DNA of 63,922 nt, filler included, from Chiloscyllium plagiosum (lineage: Eukaryota): assembly GCF_004010195.1 (NCBI RefSeq). It is 4 parts of one record of this genome, joined end to end, with 100 filler letters (N's around TTAATTAATTAA, not from the genome) between each part and the next. Parts side by side here need not be neighbours in the genome. Positions count along the whole stretch, not along the records: positions 1 to 15,600 come from NC_057711.1; positions 15,701 to 46,730 come from NC_057711.1; 2 more parts are not named here. One strand, 5' to 3'. A model generated the notes under the pieces. It worked only from the letters and a program-made list of their open reading frames with translations, did no database searches and was not told the DNA's origin. Shown one piece after another: positions 12,150-26,229 of the stretch. How positions within the stretch are numbered: position 1 is the first letter of the stretch; each line of letters starts with the position of its first letter. A program made the translations under genes and the position numbers.

Positions 12150-15100
12150 GATGGTTACAGCATTAAAAGTGATGTCTTGGACGAATGTATCCATACAATC
12201 AATAAAACTTTGACAACATTAACCTGTCTTCCAGCTTCTGGCCCATAGCCATGGAGGCTGTGGCAATGCAAGTGAATGTCTAAATATTGGTTTCATGTAC
12301 AAGATCTTTTGAGTCTACCAATCTTTTTAAGCAGAAAATTCCAGACTCCCTACATTCTCCAAAATTCTCTTCCATTCTCTTCTTCGAATCTATGCCACTT
12401 AAATGGAGTCATACAGCTGGGAAACTAACCCTTCAGCCTAACTCATCCATACTGACCACGTTTTCTGAACTGAACTCATCCCATTTGCCTGCATTTGGCC
12501 CATATCCATTCCTATGAATGTACCTGTCCAAATATCTTTTTAAATATTGTAATTGTACTTGCCTTTATCACTTCCTCTGGCAGTTCGTAAAATCTGCAGC
12601 CCATGGTTATGATACCTTTCTATTAATGGCAAAAGTGCCCTCCTGTCCACCATATCTTGGCTCCTCATATGCTTACACACCTCTATCAGTTGCCTCTCAA
12701 CCTTCACTCTACAAGGAAAACAACCCCAGCTGATCTCTCTCTCTCTCCTATGTAATCACTCCAGCCCAGGTGTCATCCTAGTGAATCACATCTGCACCCT
12801 CTCTAGTGCAACCAGAACTGTATGCAGCACTCAGCGTGACCTAACCAGCATTTTATATAATTCTAACATAACCTCTGTGCTTTTTTACACCATGCCCTGG
12901 CTAATAAAAACAACTGTTTTCTATGTGCCTTTGAAAACACCTTATGTGCTGCTCTCTTCAGAGTTCTGCGGACTGCAAAGTTCCCCTGATCTTCGGTGCT
13001 TTCTAGGTTCCTACCATTCCAGGTACAAACCCTGCCTTGTTAATCCTTCCCAAGTGCATTACCTCTCACTTTTTCAGGTTGAATTCCAGTTGCCACCGCA
13101 CTGCCAAGCTGACAAATCAATTGATATCAAGATTAGAGTGGTGCTGGAAAAGCACAGCAGGTCAGGCAGAATCCGAGGAGCAGGAGAATCAATGTTTCGG
13201 GCAAAAGCCCTTCATCAGGAATGCTCCATGACAATGAACAACCGGTACAGGTTTCAAATGGGGAAAATCTAGACCAAACATTGAATTATTAAAAATTATT
13301 TGTCTGTGGGATGTGAACTTCACTGGCTAGGCCAGATTAGACAGGAAATGCTGACGCACATGGTATTCAATCTGCCTCTGCTGAGCCTGTTCAAGTCCTT
13401 CTGCAGTCTCCCCACTTCCTCAGTGCTACCTGTCCTTCTACATATCTTTGTGTGATTAGCAACAATGTCGTCCGTTCCTTCATGCAGATTGTTCATGTAA
13501 AATATAAACATACAACATGAATCCCAACACTGACCCCTGCAGAACTCTGTTGTCACTGCCGACCATCCTGAAAAAGACCCCATTGTCCCTATTCTCCATC
13601 TTCTGCCATGTCAACCAATCCTCTATAATGCCAATACCTTGCACCTGACACCATGGGCCCTTTTCATATTTACCAGCTTTCTGTGTAAAAGGCCTGTGAA
13701 AGGTTTCTGGAAATGTGAAGAGGCATATCCATTTGCTCTCCTTTATCTAATTTGCTCATTACCTATTCAAAGAATTGTAACCGATTTTACAGGCATGACC
13801 TCCCTTTGATGAAGCTGTGCTGTCGCAGCTGTAATTTGTCGTGCACTTCTCAGTACTCTACTATCCCCTCCTGAATAAATTCTAAAATATTACCAATGCC
13901 AAGGTCAGGCATTCCCTGCCTTATGCCTCACTCCCTTCTTTAATAGGGGTGTTTCATCAGTCACTTTAAGATCCTTTGAGATCCTTCCTGACTCCAGTGA
14001 TTCCTGAAAGATCACCACCAATGCCTCTGTCATCTCCTCAGCAATCTCCTGAAGCACTGTAGGGTATAGTCAATCCAGCCCAGGTGATGAATCCGCCTTC
14101 AGACCTTTCAGCTTCCCCTGCACCACCACCTCAGTGATGGTCATTACACTCACTTCTGTCCCTGACTCTCTTGCATTCTGCTATGTTGCTACGTCTTCCA
14201 CTGTAAAATTAGAACATAGAACATTGCAGCTTAGTACAGATCCTTCCGCCCACGATGTAGTGCTGACCTGTGAAACCAATCCGAAGCCCATCTAACCTGC
14301 ACTGTTTTATTCTAGTCCGAGCCAATGGCCATTTAAATGCCCTTAAAGTTGGCGAGTCTACTACAGTTGCAAGCAGTGCGTTCCACGTCCCTACTCCCCT
14401 TGTGCTAGCCATCGCCATCGGATGAAAAAGGCTCTCACTGTCCGAGCTATCTAACCCACTGAATATCTTATATGTCTCAATTAAGTCACCTCTCAACCTT
14501 CTTCTCTCTATTGAAACAGCCTCAAGTCCCTCAGCATTTCCTCATGATAACTTCCCTCCATACCAGGCAACATCCTAGTAAATCTCCCCTGAACCCTTTC
14601 CAGAGCTTCCACATCCTTCCTAAAATGTGGTAATCAGAACTGAACACACAACGCAATCCCTCTCCCAATAAAAGCTAACACACCATTGCCTTCTTAACGA
14701 CCCTATCAGCCTGGGTGACGACTTTGAAGGATCTATGTACCTGGACACTGAGATATAGAACATAGAACAATACAGCACAGAACAGGCCCTTCGGCCCTCG
14801 ATGTTGCGCCGCCCTGTCATACTAATCTGAAGCCCATCCCACCTACACTATTCCATGTATGTCCATATGCCTGTCCAATGACGACTTAAATGCACTTAAA
14901 TTTGGCAAATCTACTACCGATGCAGGCAAAGCATTCCATACCCTTTCTACTCTCTGAGTAAAGAAACTACCTCTGACACCCTCGTGTTTGCCGTCCACAT
15001 ACTTGGAAAAAGGCTCTCCCTGTCCACCCTATCTAACCCTCTGATTATGTTATATGTCTCTATTAAGTCACCTTCTTCTCTCTAACGAGAATAGCCTCAC

Positions 15101-15600
15101 GTCCTTCAGCCTTTCCTTGTAAGACATTCCTTCCATAGCAGGCAACATCCTAGTAAATCTCCTCTGCACCCTTTCCAAAGCTTCCACATCCTTCTTATAA
15201 TGCGGTGACCAGAACTGTACACAATACTCCAAGTGTGGCCGTACCAGAACTTTGTACAGCTGCAGCATAACCTCCTGATTCCAGAACTCAATCCCTCTAT
15301 TAATAAAGGCCAAAACACTCTATGCCTCCTTAACAACCCTGTCAATGTGGGTGGGAACTTTCAGGGATCTGTGTACATGGACACCGAGATCTCTCTGCTC
15401 ATCTGCACTCCCAAGAATCTTACCATTAGCCCAGTACTTTGCATTCCGATTATTCCGTCCAAAGTGTATCACCTCACACTTGTCCACATTAAACTCCATT
15501 TGCCACCTCTCAGCCCAGCTCTGCATCCTATCTATGTCTCTCTGCAACCTACTACATCCTTCGTCACTATCCGCAACTCCACCGACCTTAGTGTCGTCCG
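12150..15600 (-). mobile_element. Cluster of nested CR1 fragments (RT and 3' ends); Penelope mini element at about 13132-13222
   Basis: LQRDIDRMQSWAERWQMEFNVDKCEVIHFG, LVRPHLEYCVQFWSPHYKKD; (ATGTTCT)n-type tails at about 14210 and 14756. Confidence 0.8.
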
Positions 15601-15700
15601 NNNNNNNNNNNNNNNNNNNNNNNNNNNNNNNNNNNNNNNNNNNNTTAATTAATTAANNNNNNNNNNNNNNNNNNNNNNNNNNNNNNNNNNNNNNNNNNNN
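15601..15700. other. Artificial contig linker 44N-TTAATTAATTAA-44N
   Basis: Exactly 100 bp. The 12-mer has stop codons in all six frames, and the identical linker occurs at three sites. Confidence 0.95.
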
Positions 15701-15893
15701 ATGGAATGAGCTGCCAGAGGAAGTGGTGGAGGCTGGTACAATTGTAGCATTTAAAAGGCATTTGGATGGGTATATGAATAGGAAGGATTTGGAGGGATAT
15801 GGGCAGGTGGGACTAGATTGGGTTGGGATAACTGGTTGGCATGGACAGGTTGGATCGAAGGGTCTGTTTCCCTGCTGTACATCTTTGTGACTC
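15701..15893 (+). mobile_element. CR1 (HER1-like) 3' end
   Basis: WNELPEEVVEAGTIVAFKRHLDGYM plus 3' UTR. Confidence 0.85.
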
Positions 15894-15999
15894 TATTGTT
15901 GCAACTATACAAGGCATTGGTCCACAGTTTTCGCCTCCTTATTTGAGGAAAGATGTAGTGGAATTGGAGACAATTCAGAGGAGGTTCACTAGATTGAAG

Positions 16000-16521
16000 G
16001 TGAAGGTTGAACTTTAACTCCCCCTCCCACTCCGCCAAGGGCATACAGGTCCTGGGCTTCCTCCACCGACAAACCCTAACCAGCCGAGGTGGGGGAAGAA
16101 TGCCTCATCTTCCGTCTTGGGACTCTCCAACCACATAAGATCAATGTGGATTTCACCAGTTTCCTCATTTCCCCTCCCTCCACCTTATGCCAGTTCCAAC
16201 CTTCCAAGTTGGCACCACCCTCTTGAACACTGCCTTCCTACCTGTCCATTTTCCTTCCCACCTATCTGATCCACCCACCTCTGCTCCACCGAACTATCAC
16301 CTCATCTTCATCTACCTATCGCACTCTCAGCTACCTTCCCCCAGCCCCACCTCCCTCCCATTTATCTCACAGCCCCCTTGGGCCACAAGCCTCATTCCTG
16401 ATAAAGGGTTTATGCTCGAAATGTCGATTCTCCTGCTCCTCAGATGCTGCTGACCTGCTGTGTTTTTCCAGCACTACACTCTCGACTCTGATCTCCAGCA
16501 TCTGCAGTCATCACTTTCTTC
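16000..16521 (+). mobile_element. Penelope-like 3' fragment (GIY-YIG C-terminus + pLTR)
   Basis: FNSPSHSA...EECLIFRLGTLQP; pLTR with degenerate hammerhead. Confidence 0.8.
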
Positions 16522-16942
16522 TAATGGATTGAAGGCTTATGGGGAGAAGGCAGGAAATGGGGGTGAGGAGCATATCAGCCACGATTGAATGGCGGATCAG
16601 AGTCGTTGGGCTGAATAGCCTAATTCTGCTCCTACATCTTATACCTTATGAACTATCCTCTGTTAAAAAAAAATCTGCCTCTCACAGCTCCTTCAAACTT
16701 ATCCCTTTTACTCTAAACCCATGTCCCCAAGTAACTGATATTTCTACCCTCGGAACAAAACTCTGATGATCCATTATATCCATGCCTCTCATAATTGTGT
16801 AAACTTCTATCAGATGCTCTTTCATCCTTTGGTGTTCAAGTGAAAACAAACCAAGTTTTTTTCAATCTTTCCTCATAGCTAATACTCTCCAAACAAGGCA
16901 ATGGTAAACCATTTCTGCATCCTCTCTAAAACCTCAGCGTCC

Positions 16943-17260
16943 TTAGATTAGATTAGATTAGATTACAGTGTGGAAACAGGCCCTTCGGCCCAACAAGTCC
17001 ACACCGACCCGCCGAAGCGAAACCCACCCATACCCCTACATTACCCCTTACCTAACACTACGGGCAATTTTAGTATGGCCAATTCACCTAACCTGCACAT
17101 CTTTGGACTGTGGGAGGAAACCGGAGCACCCGGAGGAAACCCACGCAGACACGGGGAGAACGTGCAAACTCCACACAGTCAGTCGCCTGAGTCGGGAATT
17201 GAACCCGGGTCTCTGGCGCTGCGAGGCAGCAGTGCTAACCACTGTGCCACCGTGCCGCCC
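16943..17260 (-). mobile_element. Full-length HE1-type SINE
   Basis: Reverse complement of the 10605 type, with (GATTA)n at the left end. Confidence 0.9.
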
Positions 17261-17416
17261 ACTAGAAGTTCTCCTTCTGTAGTTTGGCGATCAGAACTGT
17301 ACACAATATTCCAAATTGGGCTGAATGAAAATTCTATACAGCTGCAACATAGCTTCCCAATTATATACTCTATGCCCCAACCGATGAAGGCAAGCATGTC
17401 ATAAGCCTTCTTTTGT

Positions 17417-17794
17417 TTAGATCAGAGTGGTGCTGGAAAAGCAGAGCAGGTCAGGCAGCATCTGAGGAGCAGGAAAATCGACATTTTGTGCAAAAGCCCC
17501 TTCATCAGGAATAGAGGCAGGAAGCCTACAGGGTGGAGAAATAAATGGGAGGAGGTGGGGCTGGGGAGAAGGTAGATGACCTGGGGGTTGCAGTGAGAGA
17601 GAGAGACTCACTGAGATTCCTGTGGAGAGAGGAGGAGAACTTCTTCAAGGTAGGCATCCTTGCAAGAGGATTCGCAGTAAGGTTAAACAGGGTGGAGAGA
17701 TAAATGGGGGGGGCGGGGAGTGGGACTAGGGAGAAGGTGGAGACTCACTGAGATTCTTGTGGAGAGAGGAGGAGAACTTCTTCAAGGTAGGCAT
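17417..17794 (-). mobile_element. Penelope-like pLTR fragment with internal partial duplication
   Basis: pLTR head gtggtgctggaaaag...cccttcatcagg; segment at about 17603-17657 is repeated at about 17741-17794. Confidence 0.7.
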
Positions 17795-19378
17795 AAGCTT
17801 TCTTGACCAGCTTATACACTTGTGATGCCACTTTCAGGGAATTGTGGACCTCTACATCTAGATCTCTCAGTATGCCATGAGCTATTAAGAGTTATGCCAT
17901 TTACAGTATACCTTCCTGCTTCATTGGATCTCCCAAAATGCACCATCTCCTATTGACCGGATTAAATTCCTCTGCCATTTCTCTGCACTAGTCCCTAGCC
18001 TATCCCACTGTATTCTCTGACAACCCTCCTTAGTTTTTACAGATCTCCCAATCTTTCTACTACCCGTAAACTTATTAATCAGTCCACCTACATTCTCATA
18101 AAAATCATTTATATATAGTACAAACAACAGGGAACTGAGTACTGATCTCTGCAACCCACCACTAGTCACAGATCTCCCATCTGAAAATCACCCTTCAACT
18201 ACTATTCTCTGGTTTCTATGACAAAGCCAGTTCTGTATCCATCTTACCAGGTCATTGCAGATCCCATGTAACTTTATGCCATGAGGGACCTTGTCAATGG
18301 CCTTGCTAAAGTCCGTACAGACAACATCTACTACCCTGCCCTCATCAATCATCGTCACTTCTTCAAAAAACTCAAAGAGTTTGCAAGCCACAACCTTCCC
18401 CATACATAGCCATGCTGCCTCTCTCTTATAAGACCATGTTTCCAAATGTCAGTAATTCCTATCCATTAGAATATTTTCTGATAATTTCCCTACTGCTGAT
18501 GTATGGCTCTCTAGCCTGTAATTTCTGAATTATCCCTGTTTCCCTTCTTAAACTAAGGAACAAGATTGGCTATTCTCCAGTCTTCTGGGATCTCTCCTGG
18601 GACTAAAGAGAACACAAAGATTTTGTACAAGACCCCAGTAATTTCCTAATGTCTCCTCAGCATTCTGTGATAAATCCCGTCAGGTCCTGGAGACCTGATT
18701 ACCTTAATACTTTTCAAAACATCCAACACGTCCTCGTTTATATTATTGACATGCCCTTGGATATTAACACACCCCTCCTGAAACTCACCATCCATTGTGT
18801 CCTTCTCCTTTGTGAATACTGATGGAAAGTACTTGTTAAGGACCTCACCTACCTCAGAGGTAGTTTCTTTACTCAGAGAGTAGTAAGGGTATGGAATGCT
18901 TTGCTTGCAACGGTAGTAGATTCGCCAAGTTTAAGTGCATTTACGTCGTCATTGGACAGGCATATGGGCGTACATGGAATAGTGTAGGTGGGATGGGCTT
19001 CAGATTGGTATGATAGGGTGGTGCAACATTGAGGGCCGAAGGGCCTGTACTGCGCTGTAATGTTCTATGTACATGCTCTGGCTTCACAAATAAATTAGAC
19101 AATAGACAATAGGTGCAGGAGTAGGCCATTCTGCCCTTCGAGCCTGCACTACCATTCAATATGATCATGGCCGATCATCCTTAATCAGTATACTGTTCCT
19201 GCCTTATCTCCATAACCACTATCCTTGAGAGCTCTATCCAACTCTTTCTTAAATAAATCCAGAGACTGGGTCTCCACTGTCCTCTGGGGCAGAGCAGTCT
19301 CACCAGGGCCCTGTACAGCTGCAGAAGAACCTCTTTGCTTCTATACTCAATTCCTCTTGTTATGAAGGCCAGCATGCT

Positions 19379-19713
19379 ATTAGCCTTCTTCACTACCTGC
19401 TGTACCTGCAACCTTACCTTCATTGACTGGTGTACAAGAACACCCAGATCTCTCTGTAACATCCAGATCTCTCTGTAACACCCAGATCTCTCTGTAAATT
19501 GTCTTTGAGTGGACTACCACTTGCCTAGCTACCCTCTTGCTCCTTATATATATAAATTAGCCTTCTTCACTACCTGCTGTACCTGCAAGCTTCCCTTCAT
19601 TGACTGGTGTACAAGAACACCCAGATCTCTCTGTAACACCCAGATCTCTCTGTAAATTGTCTTTGAGTGGACTACCACTTGCCTAGCTACCCTCTTGCTC
19701 CTTATATATATAA
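19379..19713. repeat. Tandem duplication (about 177 + 158 bp) with 19-bp subrepeats
   Basis: 19379-19555 is repeated at 19556-19713; acacccagatctctctgta occurs x3 in copy 1 and x2 in copy 2. Confidence 0.85.
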
Positions 19714-20095
19714 AAAATACCTAGGGATTTTTCTTAATCCTGTTTGCCAAACACATTTCATGTCCCCTTTTAGCTGTCCTAATTCCTTGTTTGAGTTGTT
19801 TGCTGTGATCTTTGTATTCTCAGTGGTGTCTCTGTCTGCAGTTTCCTAAACTTTACATACACCTCCTTTTTGTTTTCAACTAATCTCCCATTTTTTCATT
19901 CTCATCAAAGGTTCCTGAATCTTACCATCTTTATCATTCACTTTCACCAGAACATGCTGATCCTGAACTCTGATCAACTGGCCTTTAAAGGATTCTCACA
20001 TTTACCCCCAAACAGCCGCCTCCAATCTACATTCCCCACTATCATCTTCATTGTTTTCAACAGGTTCCAACCAGGGCTTAACAGTATTAGCTATA

Positions 20096-20228
20096 GAGCC
20101 GAAAATGTGTTGCTGGAAAAGCGCAGCAGGTCAGGCAGCATCCAAGGAGCAGGAGAATCGACGTTTCAGGCATGAGCCCTTCTTCAGGAATCCTCTGATC
20201 TCCAGCATCTGCAGTCCTCACTTTCTCC
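20096..20228. mobile_element. Penelope-derived mini element, 14-bp TSD, hammerhead core on minus strand
   Basis: TSD cagtattagctata at 20082-20095 and 20229-20242. Minus strand reads CTGAAGA-a-GGGC-tcat-GCCT-GAAAC-GTC. Confidence 0.85.
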
Positions 20229-21095
20229 CAGTATTAGCTATAACCTGTCCTTATAGCTAATGCACTCCAATCAATGGTGACATCCTGGTAAACGTCTTCT
20301 GCACCCTCTCCAAAGTTTCCACACTCTTTGTATTGTGCATTGACCAGTACAGTGCACAATACTCCAAATCCATCTTAACTAAAGTTTTATACGTTGCAAC
20401 ATAATTTGCCAACTTTTATACAAAATACCCTGATTGATGGTGTCGTATGCCTTATTTACCACCTTATCCACCTGTGTTACCACTTTCAGGCACCTATGGT
20501 CTTGCACCCAAGATTCCTCTCTATACCAATAGGTCTTAAGTGTCATGTCAGTTACTGTATATTTACCTCTTGCACTTAACTTTTCAAAATAAATCACCTC
20601 AAACTTCCTAGGATTAAACTCCATCTGTCATTTCTCTGCCCAACTTCCCAATTGATCTATATCCTGCTATACCCTTTGACAATCTTTCTTACTGTCCACA
20701 ATTTTTGTGTCATCTACAAACTTACTAATTGGACCACTGACAACTTATCCAAATCATTTGTGTACATTACAAACAATACAGACTTTGATACTGATCTTTG
20801 CAGAACACCACTGGTCAGAGACCTCCAGTCAGAGAAACACCCCTCTACAACTACCCTCTGTCACTCATGACCAAGCCAATTTCATATCTAACTAACTAAC
20901 TCACTGTGATCCCATGTGACTTTATCTTCTGGACCACCCTGCCGTGAGAGAGCATGCCAAATGCTTCAGTAACATTTATGTAGGCAATATCCACGGCCCC
21001 ACCCTCACCAATTATCTTTGTGGCTTCTGCAAAAAAACTCAATCGAAAATGCAAGACAAGACCTCCCCCACCAATGCTGGCTATCTTTAATAACA

Positions 21096-22087
21096 GGTTG
21101 AAGAGTGTGGTGCTGGAAAAGCACAGCCGGTCAGGCAGCATCCGAGGAGCAGGAGAATCAACATTGCAGGCATAAGCTCTTCATCAGGAATGAGGTTTGT
21201 GGGACAAGGGGGCTCAGAGATAAATGGGAGGGGGTGGGGTTGGGGGGAAGGTAGCTGGGAATTTGACAGGTAAACGAAGGTGGGGGTGAAAGTGATAGGT
21301 CAGAGAGGAGGTGGGAAGGAACATGGACAGGTAGGACTGTACAAGAGAGCTGTGCTGAGTTGGAAGGTTGGGACTGGGATAAGTTGGGGTGAGGGGAAAT
21401 GGGGAAACTGTAAAATTCACATTGATCCTGTGTGGTTGAAGTGTCCCAAGACGGAAGATGAGGCGTTCTTCCTCCAGACATCGGGTGGTTAGGATTTGAT
21501 AATAGAGGAGGCCCAGGACGTGCATGTCCCTGGCGGAGTGGGAGGGGAAGTTCAAGTGTTCAGCTACAGGGCAGTGGGATTGGTTAGTGTGGGTGTCCCA
21601 GAGATGTTCTATGAAATGATCCACAAATTGGCGTCATGTCTCCCCAACATAGAGGAGACCACATCAGGTGCAACGGGTGCAGTAGATGACGTGTGAAAGT
21701 ACACGTAAATTTCTGTCAGATGAGGAAGGATCCTTTGGGGCCTGGGATGGAGGTGAGGGGAAGGTGTGGGTGCAGGTTTTGCACTTTTTGTGATGGTAGG
21801 GGAGGATGCCGGGAGGGGAGGGTGGGTTGGTAGGGGGCATGGATTTAAGACCATAAGACATAGGAGTGGAAACAAGGCTAATCGGCCCATCGAGTCCACT
21901 CCATCATTCAATCATGGTTCAAGGGCATTTAAATACCACTTACCCAAATTCTCCCTGTAGGTCTTAATTCCTTGCGAGATCAAGAATTTATCAATCTCTG
22001 CTTTGAAGACATTTAACCTCCTGGCCTCCACTGCGCTCCGTGGCAATGAATTCCATGACCTGACAAGGGAGTCATGGAGGGAATCCT
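21096..22087 (-). mobile_element. Penelope-like element 3' part (GIY-YIG endonuclease + pLTR), split by a CR1 3' end at about 21846-22057
   Basis: CKTC..., HVIYCTRCT.C...Y.GE.., EHL...VAEHLNFPSHS...EEERLIFRLGTLQP. Confidence 0.85.
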
Positions 22088-22093
22088 TAATAA

Positions 22094-22722
22094 TGATGTG
22101 GAAGTGCTGGTGTTGGTCTGGAGTGGACAAAGTTAAAAATCACAGTTATAGACCAACAGGTTTATTTGGAAGTTCTAGCTTTTACAGCACTGCTCCTTCA
22201 TCATGTAGCTATGGAACAGGATCCTAAGACACAGAATTTATAGCAAAAGATCAATGTGTCATGCAACTGATACGATATACGGTACTGAACAAATCTAGGT
22301 TGCTGTTAAGTCTTTCATTTTTTAGAACGTTGCAGGTTTCAGTTCATTAATATGTAAATCCCAGAACTTCTTTCAAGTCACACTCTCGAGATAACTTAAA
22401 GTTTTATGGAAAAAAAGACATCTCAGCTCAGACAATGCATTAATGGTGTGAGGTTAGAGTCTGTCTGTATCACAAACTTGAGTCAGACTGGTTCTATTTC
22501 CAAAGTAGGAATTTATAAAATGTTACATGAATTGACTGCCTGCAAATTGGGTGCTTTTTTAACACAATTCATTTTAAAAGACAAAAGACTTAACAGCAAT
22601 CTAGGTTTGTTCAATACATCATATCAGTTGTATGACACTATGATCTTTTGCTATAAATTCTGTGTTTTATGATTCTGCTCCACAGCTACCTGATGAAGGA
22701 GCAGCCCTCTGAAAGCTAGTAT
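22094..22722. mobile_element. Second-family Penelope-like element with long inverted ends
   Basis: Inverted repeats at about 22175-22255 and 22640-22722; tac-CTGATGA-aggagcagccctct-GAAA-GCTA-gta at 22687-22721. Confidence 0.7.
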
Positions 22723-24783
22723 ATAGAACATTACAATGCAGTACAGGCCCTTCAGCCCTCGACGTTACGACGACTTGTGAAACCATCTAACCTACACTAT
22801 TCCATTCTCGTCCATATGCCTATCCAATGACCACTTAAATGCCCTTAAAGTTGGCGAGTCTACTACTGTTGCAGGCAGTGGATTCCACACCCACTCTACT
22901 GAGTTAAGAAACTACCTCTGACATCTGTCCCTCAGCCTTTCCTCATAAGACCTTCCCTTCATACCAGTCAACATCCTAGTAAATCTCTGAACCCTTTCCA
23001 AAGCTTCCACATCCTTCCTATAATGCGGTGACCAGAACTGAATGCAATACTTCAGGTCCGGCTGCACCAGAGTTTTGTACAGCTGCAGCATGACCTCATG
23101 GTTCTGAAACTCGATCCCTCTACTAATAAAAGCTAACACACTGTATGCCTTCTTAACAAACCTATCAACCTGGGTGGCAATTTTCAAGGATCTGTGTACC
23201 TGGACACCGAAATCTCTCTGCTCACCTACACTACAAAGAATCTTACCATTAGCCCAGTACTCTGCATTCCTGTTACTCCTTCCAAAGTGAATCACCTCAC
23301 ACATTTTCGCATTAAACTCCATTTGCCACCTCTCAGCCCAGCTCTGCAGCTTATCTACGTCCCTCTGTAACCTACAACATCCTTCGTCACTATCTAAAAC
23401 TCTACCGACCTTAGTATCATCTGCAAATTTACTAACCCATACTTCAATGCCCTCATCCAGGTCATTTATAAAAATTGGCAAACAGCAGTGGACCCAAAAC
23501 AGATCCTTGCAGTACACCAGTAGTAACTGAACTCCAGGATGAACATTTCCCATCAATCACCAACCTCTGTCTTCTTTCAGCCAGCACATTTCTGATCCAA
23601 ACCGCTAAATCACCCTCAATCCTATGCCTCCGTATTTTATGCAATAGCCGACCAAGGGGAACCTTATCAAATGCCTTACTGAAATCCGCATACACAACGT
23701 CAACCGCTTTACCGTCATCCACCTGTTTGGTCACCTTCTCAAAGAACCCAATAAGGTTTGTGAGGCATGACCTACCCTTCACAAAACTGTGTTGACTATC
23801 CCTAATCAACTTATTCCTTTCTAGATGATTATAAATCCTCTCTCTTTTAACCCTTTCCAACGCTTTACCTATAACCGAAGTAAGACTCACTGGTCTATAT
23901 TACCAGGATGGTCTCTCCTCCCCTTCTTGAACAAGGGAACAACATTTGCTATCCTCATCTTCTGGCACTATTCCTGTAGACAATGACAACATAAAGATCA
24001 AAGCCAAAGGCTCGACAATCTCCTCCCTGCCTTCCCAGAAAATCCCAGGATAAATCCCATCTGGCCCAGTGGACTTATCTATTTTCACACTTTCTAGAAT
24101 TGCTAACACTCCTCCTTGTGACCCTCAATCCTATCTAGTCTAGTAGCCCGTATCTCAGTATTCTCCTCGATAACATTGTCTTTTTCTGGTGTGAATACTG
24201 ACAAAAAAAAATTCATTTAGCGCTTTTCCTGTCTCCTCTGACTCCATGCACAACTTCCCACTGCTATTCTTGATTGGTCCTAATCTTACTCTCATCATTC
24301 TTTTAGTCCTGATATACTTATAGAAAGCCTTATGATTTTCTTTCATCATATCCACCAAAGACTTTTCATATTTCCTCCTGGCTCTTCTTAGCTCTCTCTT
24401 TAGGTCTTTGCTGGCTAACCTGTAATTCTCAAGCCCCCTAACTAAGCCATCACACCTCATCCTAATGTAAGCCTTCTTCCTTTTGACAAGAGATTCAAAT
24501 TCCTTAGTAAACCATGGCTCCCACGCTCAGCAACTTCCTTCCTGCCTTACTGGTACACACTTATCAAGGATCCGCAGTAGCTGTCCCTTGAATAAGCTCC
24601 ACATTTCAATTGCGTCAATCCCCTGCAGTTTCCTTCCCCATCTTATGCATCCTAAATCCTGCCTAAGTGCATTATAATTGCCTTTCCCCCAGCTATAAAT
24701 CTTGCCTTGCAGTATGCTCCTATCCCTTTCCATTACTAAAGTAAGCATTACCAAATTGTAGTCACTATCACTAAAGTATTTGT

Positions 24784-25106
24784 GGGCGGCATGGTGGCAC
24801 AGTGGTTAGCACTGCTGCCTCACAGCGCCAGAGACCCGGGTTCAATTCCCGACTCAGGCGACTGACTGTGTGGAGTTTGCACATTCTCCCTGTGTCTGCG
24901 TGGGTTTCCTCCAGGTGCTCTGGTTTCCTCCCACAATCCAAAAATGTGCAGGTTAGGTGAATTGACCATGCTAAATTGTCCGTAGTATTAGGTGAAGGGG
25001 TAAATGTAGGAGTATGGGTCTGGGTGGTATATGCTTCGGCAGGTCGGTGTGGACTTGTTGGGCTGAAAGGCCTGTTTCCACACTGTAAGTAATCTAATCT
25101 AATCTA
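24784..25106 (+). mobile_element. Full-length HE1-type SINE
   Basis: A and B boxes, V-like core, (AATCT)n tail. Confidence 0.9.
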
Positions 25107-25483
25107 TTCACCTACCTCCAAACATAACACCTGGCCGGGTTCATTACCAGTACCAAATCCAATGTGGCCTCACCCCTTGTTGATCTGTTTACGTACTGTG
25201 TCAGGAAACCCCGCACACATTGGACAAAAAGTGACCCATCTAAAGTACTTGAACTATAGTTTTCCCAGTCAATATTTGGAAAGTTAAAGACCCCCATAAT
25301 AACTATCCTGTCACTCTCACTCCTATCGAGGATCACCTTTGCTATCCTTTCCTCTACATCTCTGGGGCTATTCGGAGGCTGATAGAAAACTCCCAATAGG
25401 GTGACCTTCCCTTTCCTGTTTCTAACCTCAGCCCATACTACCTAAGTAGACGAATCCGCAAACGTCCTTTCTGCAACTGTAAT

Positions 25484-25847
25484 TTTTTTTACAGATATTT
25501 TTATTGAAGAAAGAGGAAATTTTTTTTAACATTTTTTACAAACTTACAAAATAACACAAATAAATATAAACACTAATATACCCTTAAATATTAAATAAAT
25601 AATAACCAAAACACAACAAACACAAAAAAAGAAAAAAAAACACTCAACTAAGAACTAATCTAACCTACAAATAACCAAAGCACATAACAGAATATCTTAC
25701 ATTACTCAATAAAAGATAACATAGTAATTAAATAATAAAGTACATGCTCAGAATGAATTAACATCAAGTCATAATAAAACCCGTATTCATACGGGATTCC
25801 TCCCCCTGGGGGCCCCCGGACCAGCCAGAACCACTACCACAACTAGT
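25484..25847 (-). mobile_element. L1-family 3' UTR fragment with poly(A) and imperfect 9-bp TSD
   Basis: Homologous to 45030-45420; aactgtaat (25475-25483) / aacagtaat (25848-25856). Confidence 0.75.
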
Positions 25848-26229
25848 AACAGTAATACTATCCTTGACTAACAATGCCGTCACCACCCCCCGCTCCCTTT
25901 CTTACCATTTTCTCTGTTCTTACTGAAACATCTAAATCCCAGAACTGGCAATAACCATTGCTGTTCCTGCCCTACCCATGTATCTGAAATGGCCGCAACA
26001 TTGAAATCCCAGATACCAAAACCTTATTCTGGATGCTCCTGGCACACTTAAAGTAGACATACTTCAACTTCTTGCTTGCCAGTGCCTTCTTGCGACCTTG
26101 AAACCTTAGTTCTGACCTCACTACTCTCAATCTCCTGTATACTCAAACTACAATTTAGGTTCCCATCTTCCAAATAAACCTGTTGGAATATAATATGGTG
26201 TTGTATGATTTTTAATTTTATCTTTAATA

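Larger units (their letters stand above)
16660..21090 (-). mobile_element. Cluster of degraded CR1 ORF2 fragments (mostly minus) with inserted SINE and Penelope pieces
   Basis: FEEVTMIDEGRVVDVVCTDFSKAIDKVPHG, GLQRSVLSSLLFVLYINDF, RDLGVLVHQSMKV. Confidence 0.75.
22723..26170 (-). mobile_element. Long CR1 LINE ORF2 (APE + RT + 3' UTR), frameshifted; interrupted by a SINE and an L1 tail
   Basis: GVFYQPPNS..VIMGVFNFPNIDW; VYADFSKAFDKVP; QGSVLGPLLF; FINDLDEGIEVWVSKFADDTKV. Confidence 0.93.

Noticed and set aside
15645..15656. TTAATTAATTAA palindrome as a biological motif
   Set aside because: Always centred in exactly 44+44 N; it is a synthetic linker.
25780..25815. Hairpin cccgtattcatacggg in the L1 3' UTR (also about 45360-45375)
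   Set aside because: The difference between the two copies is not compensatory on the sense strand; two copies are insufficient evidence.
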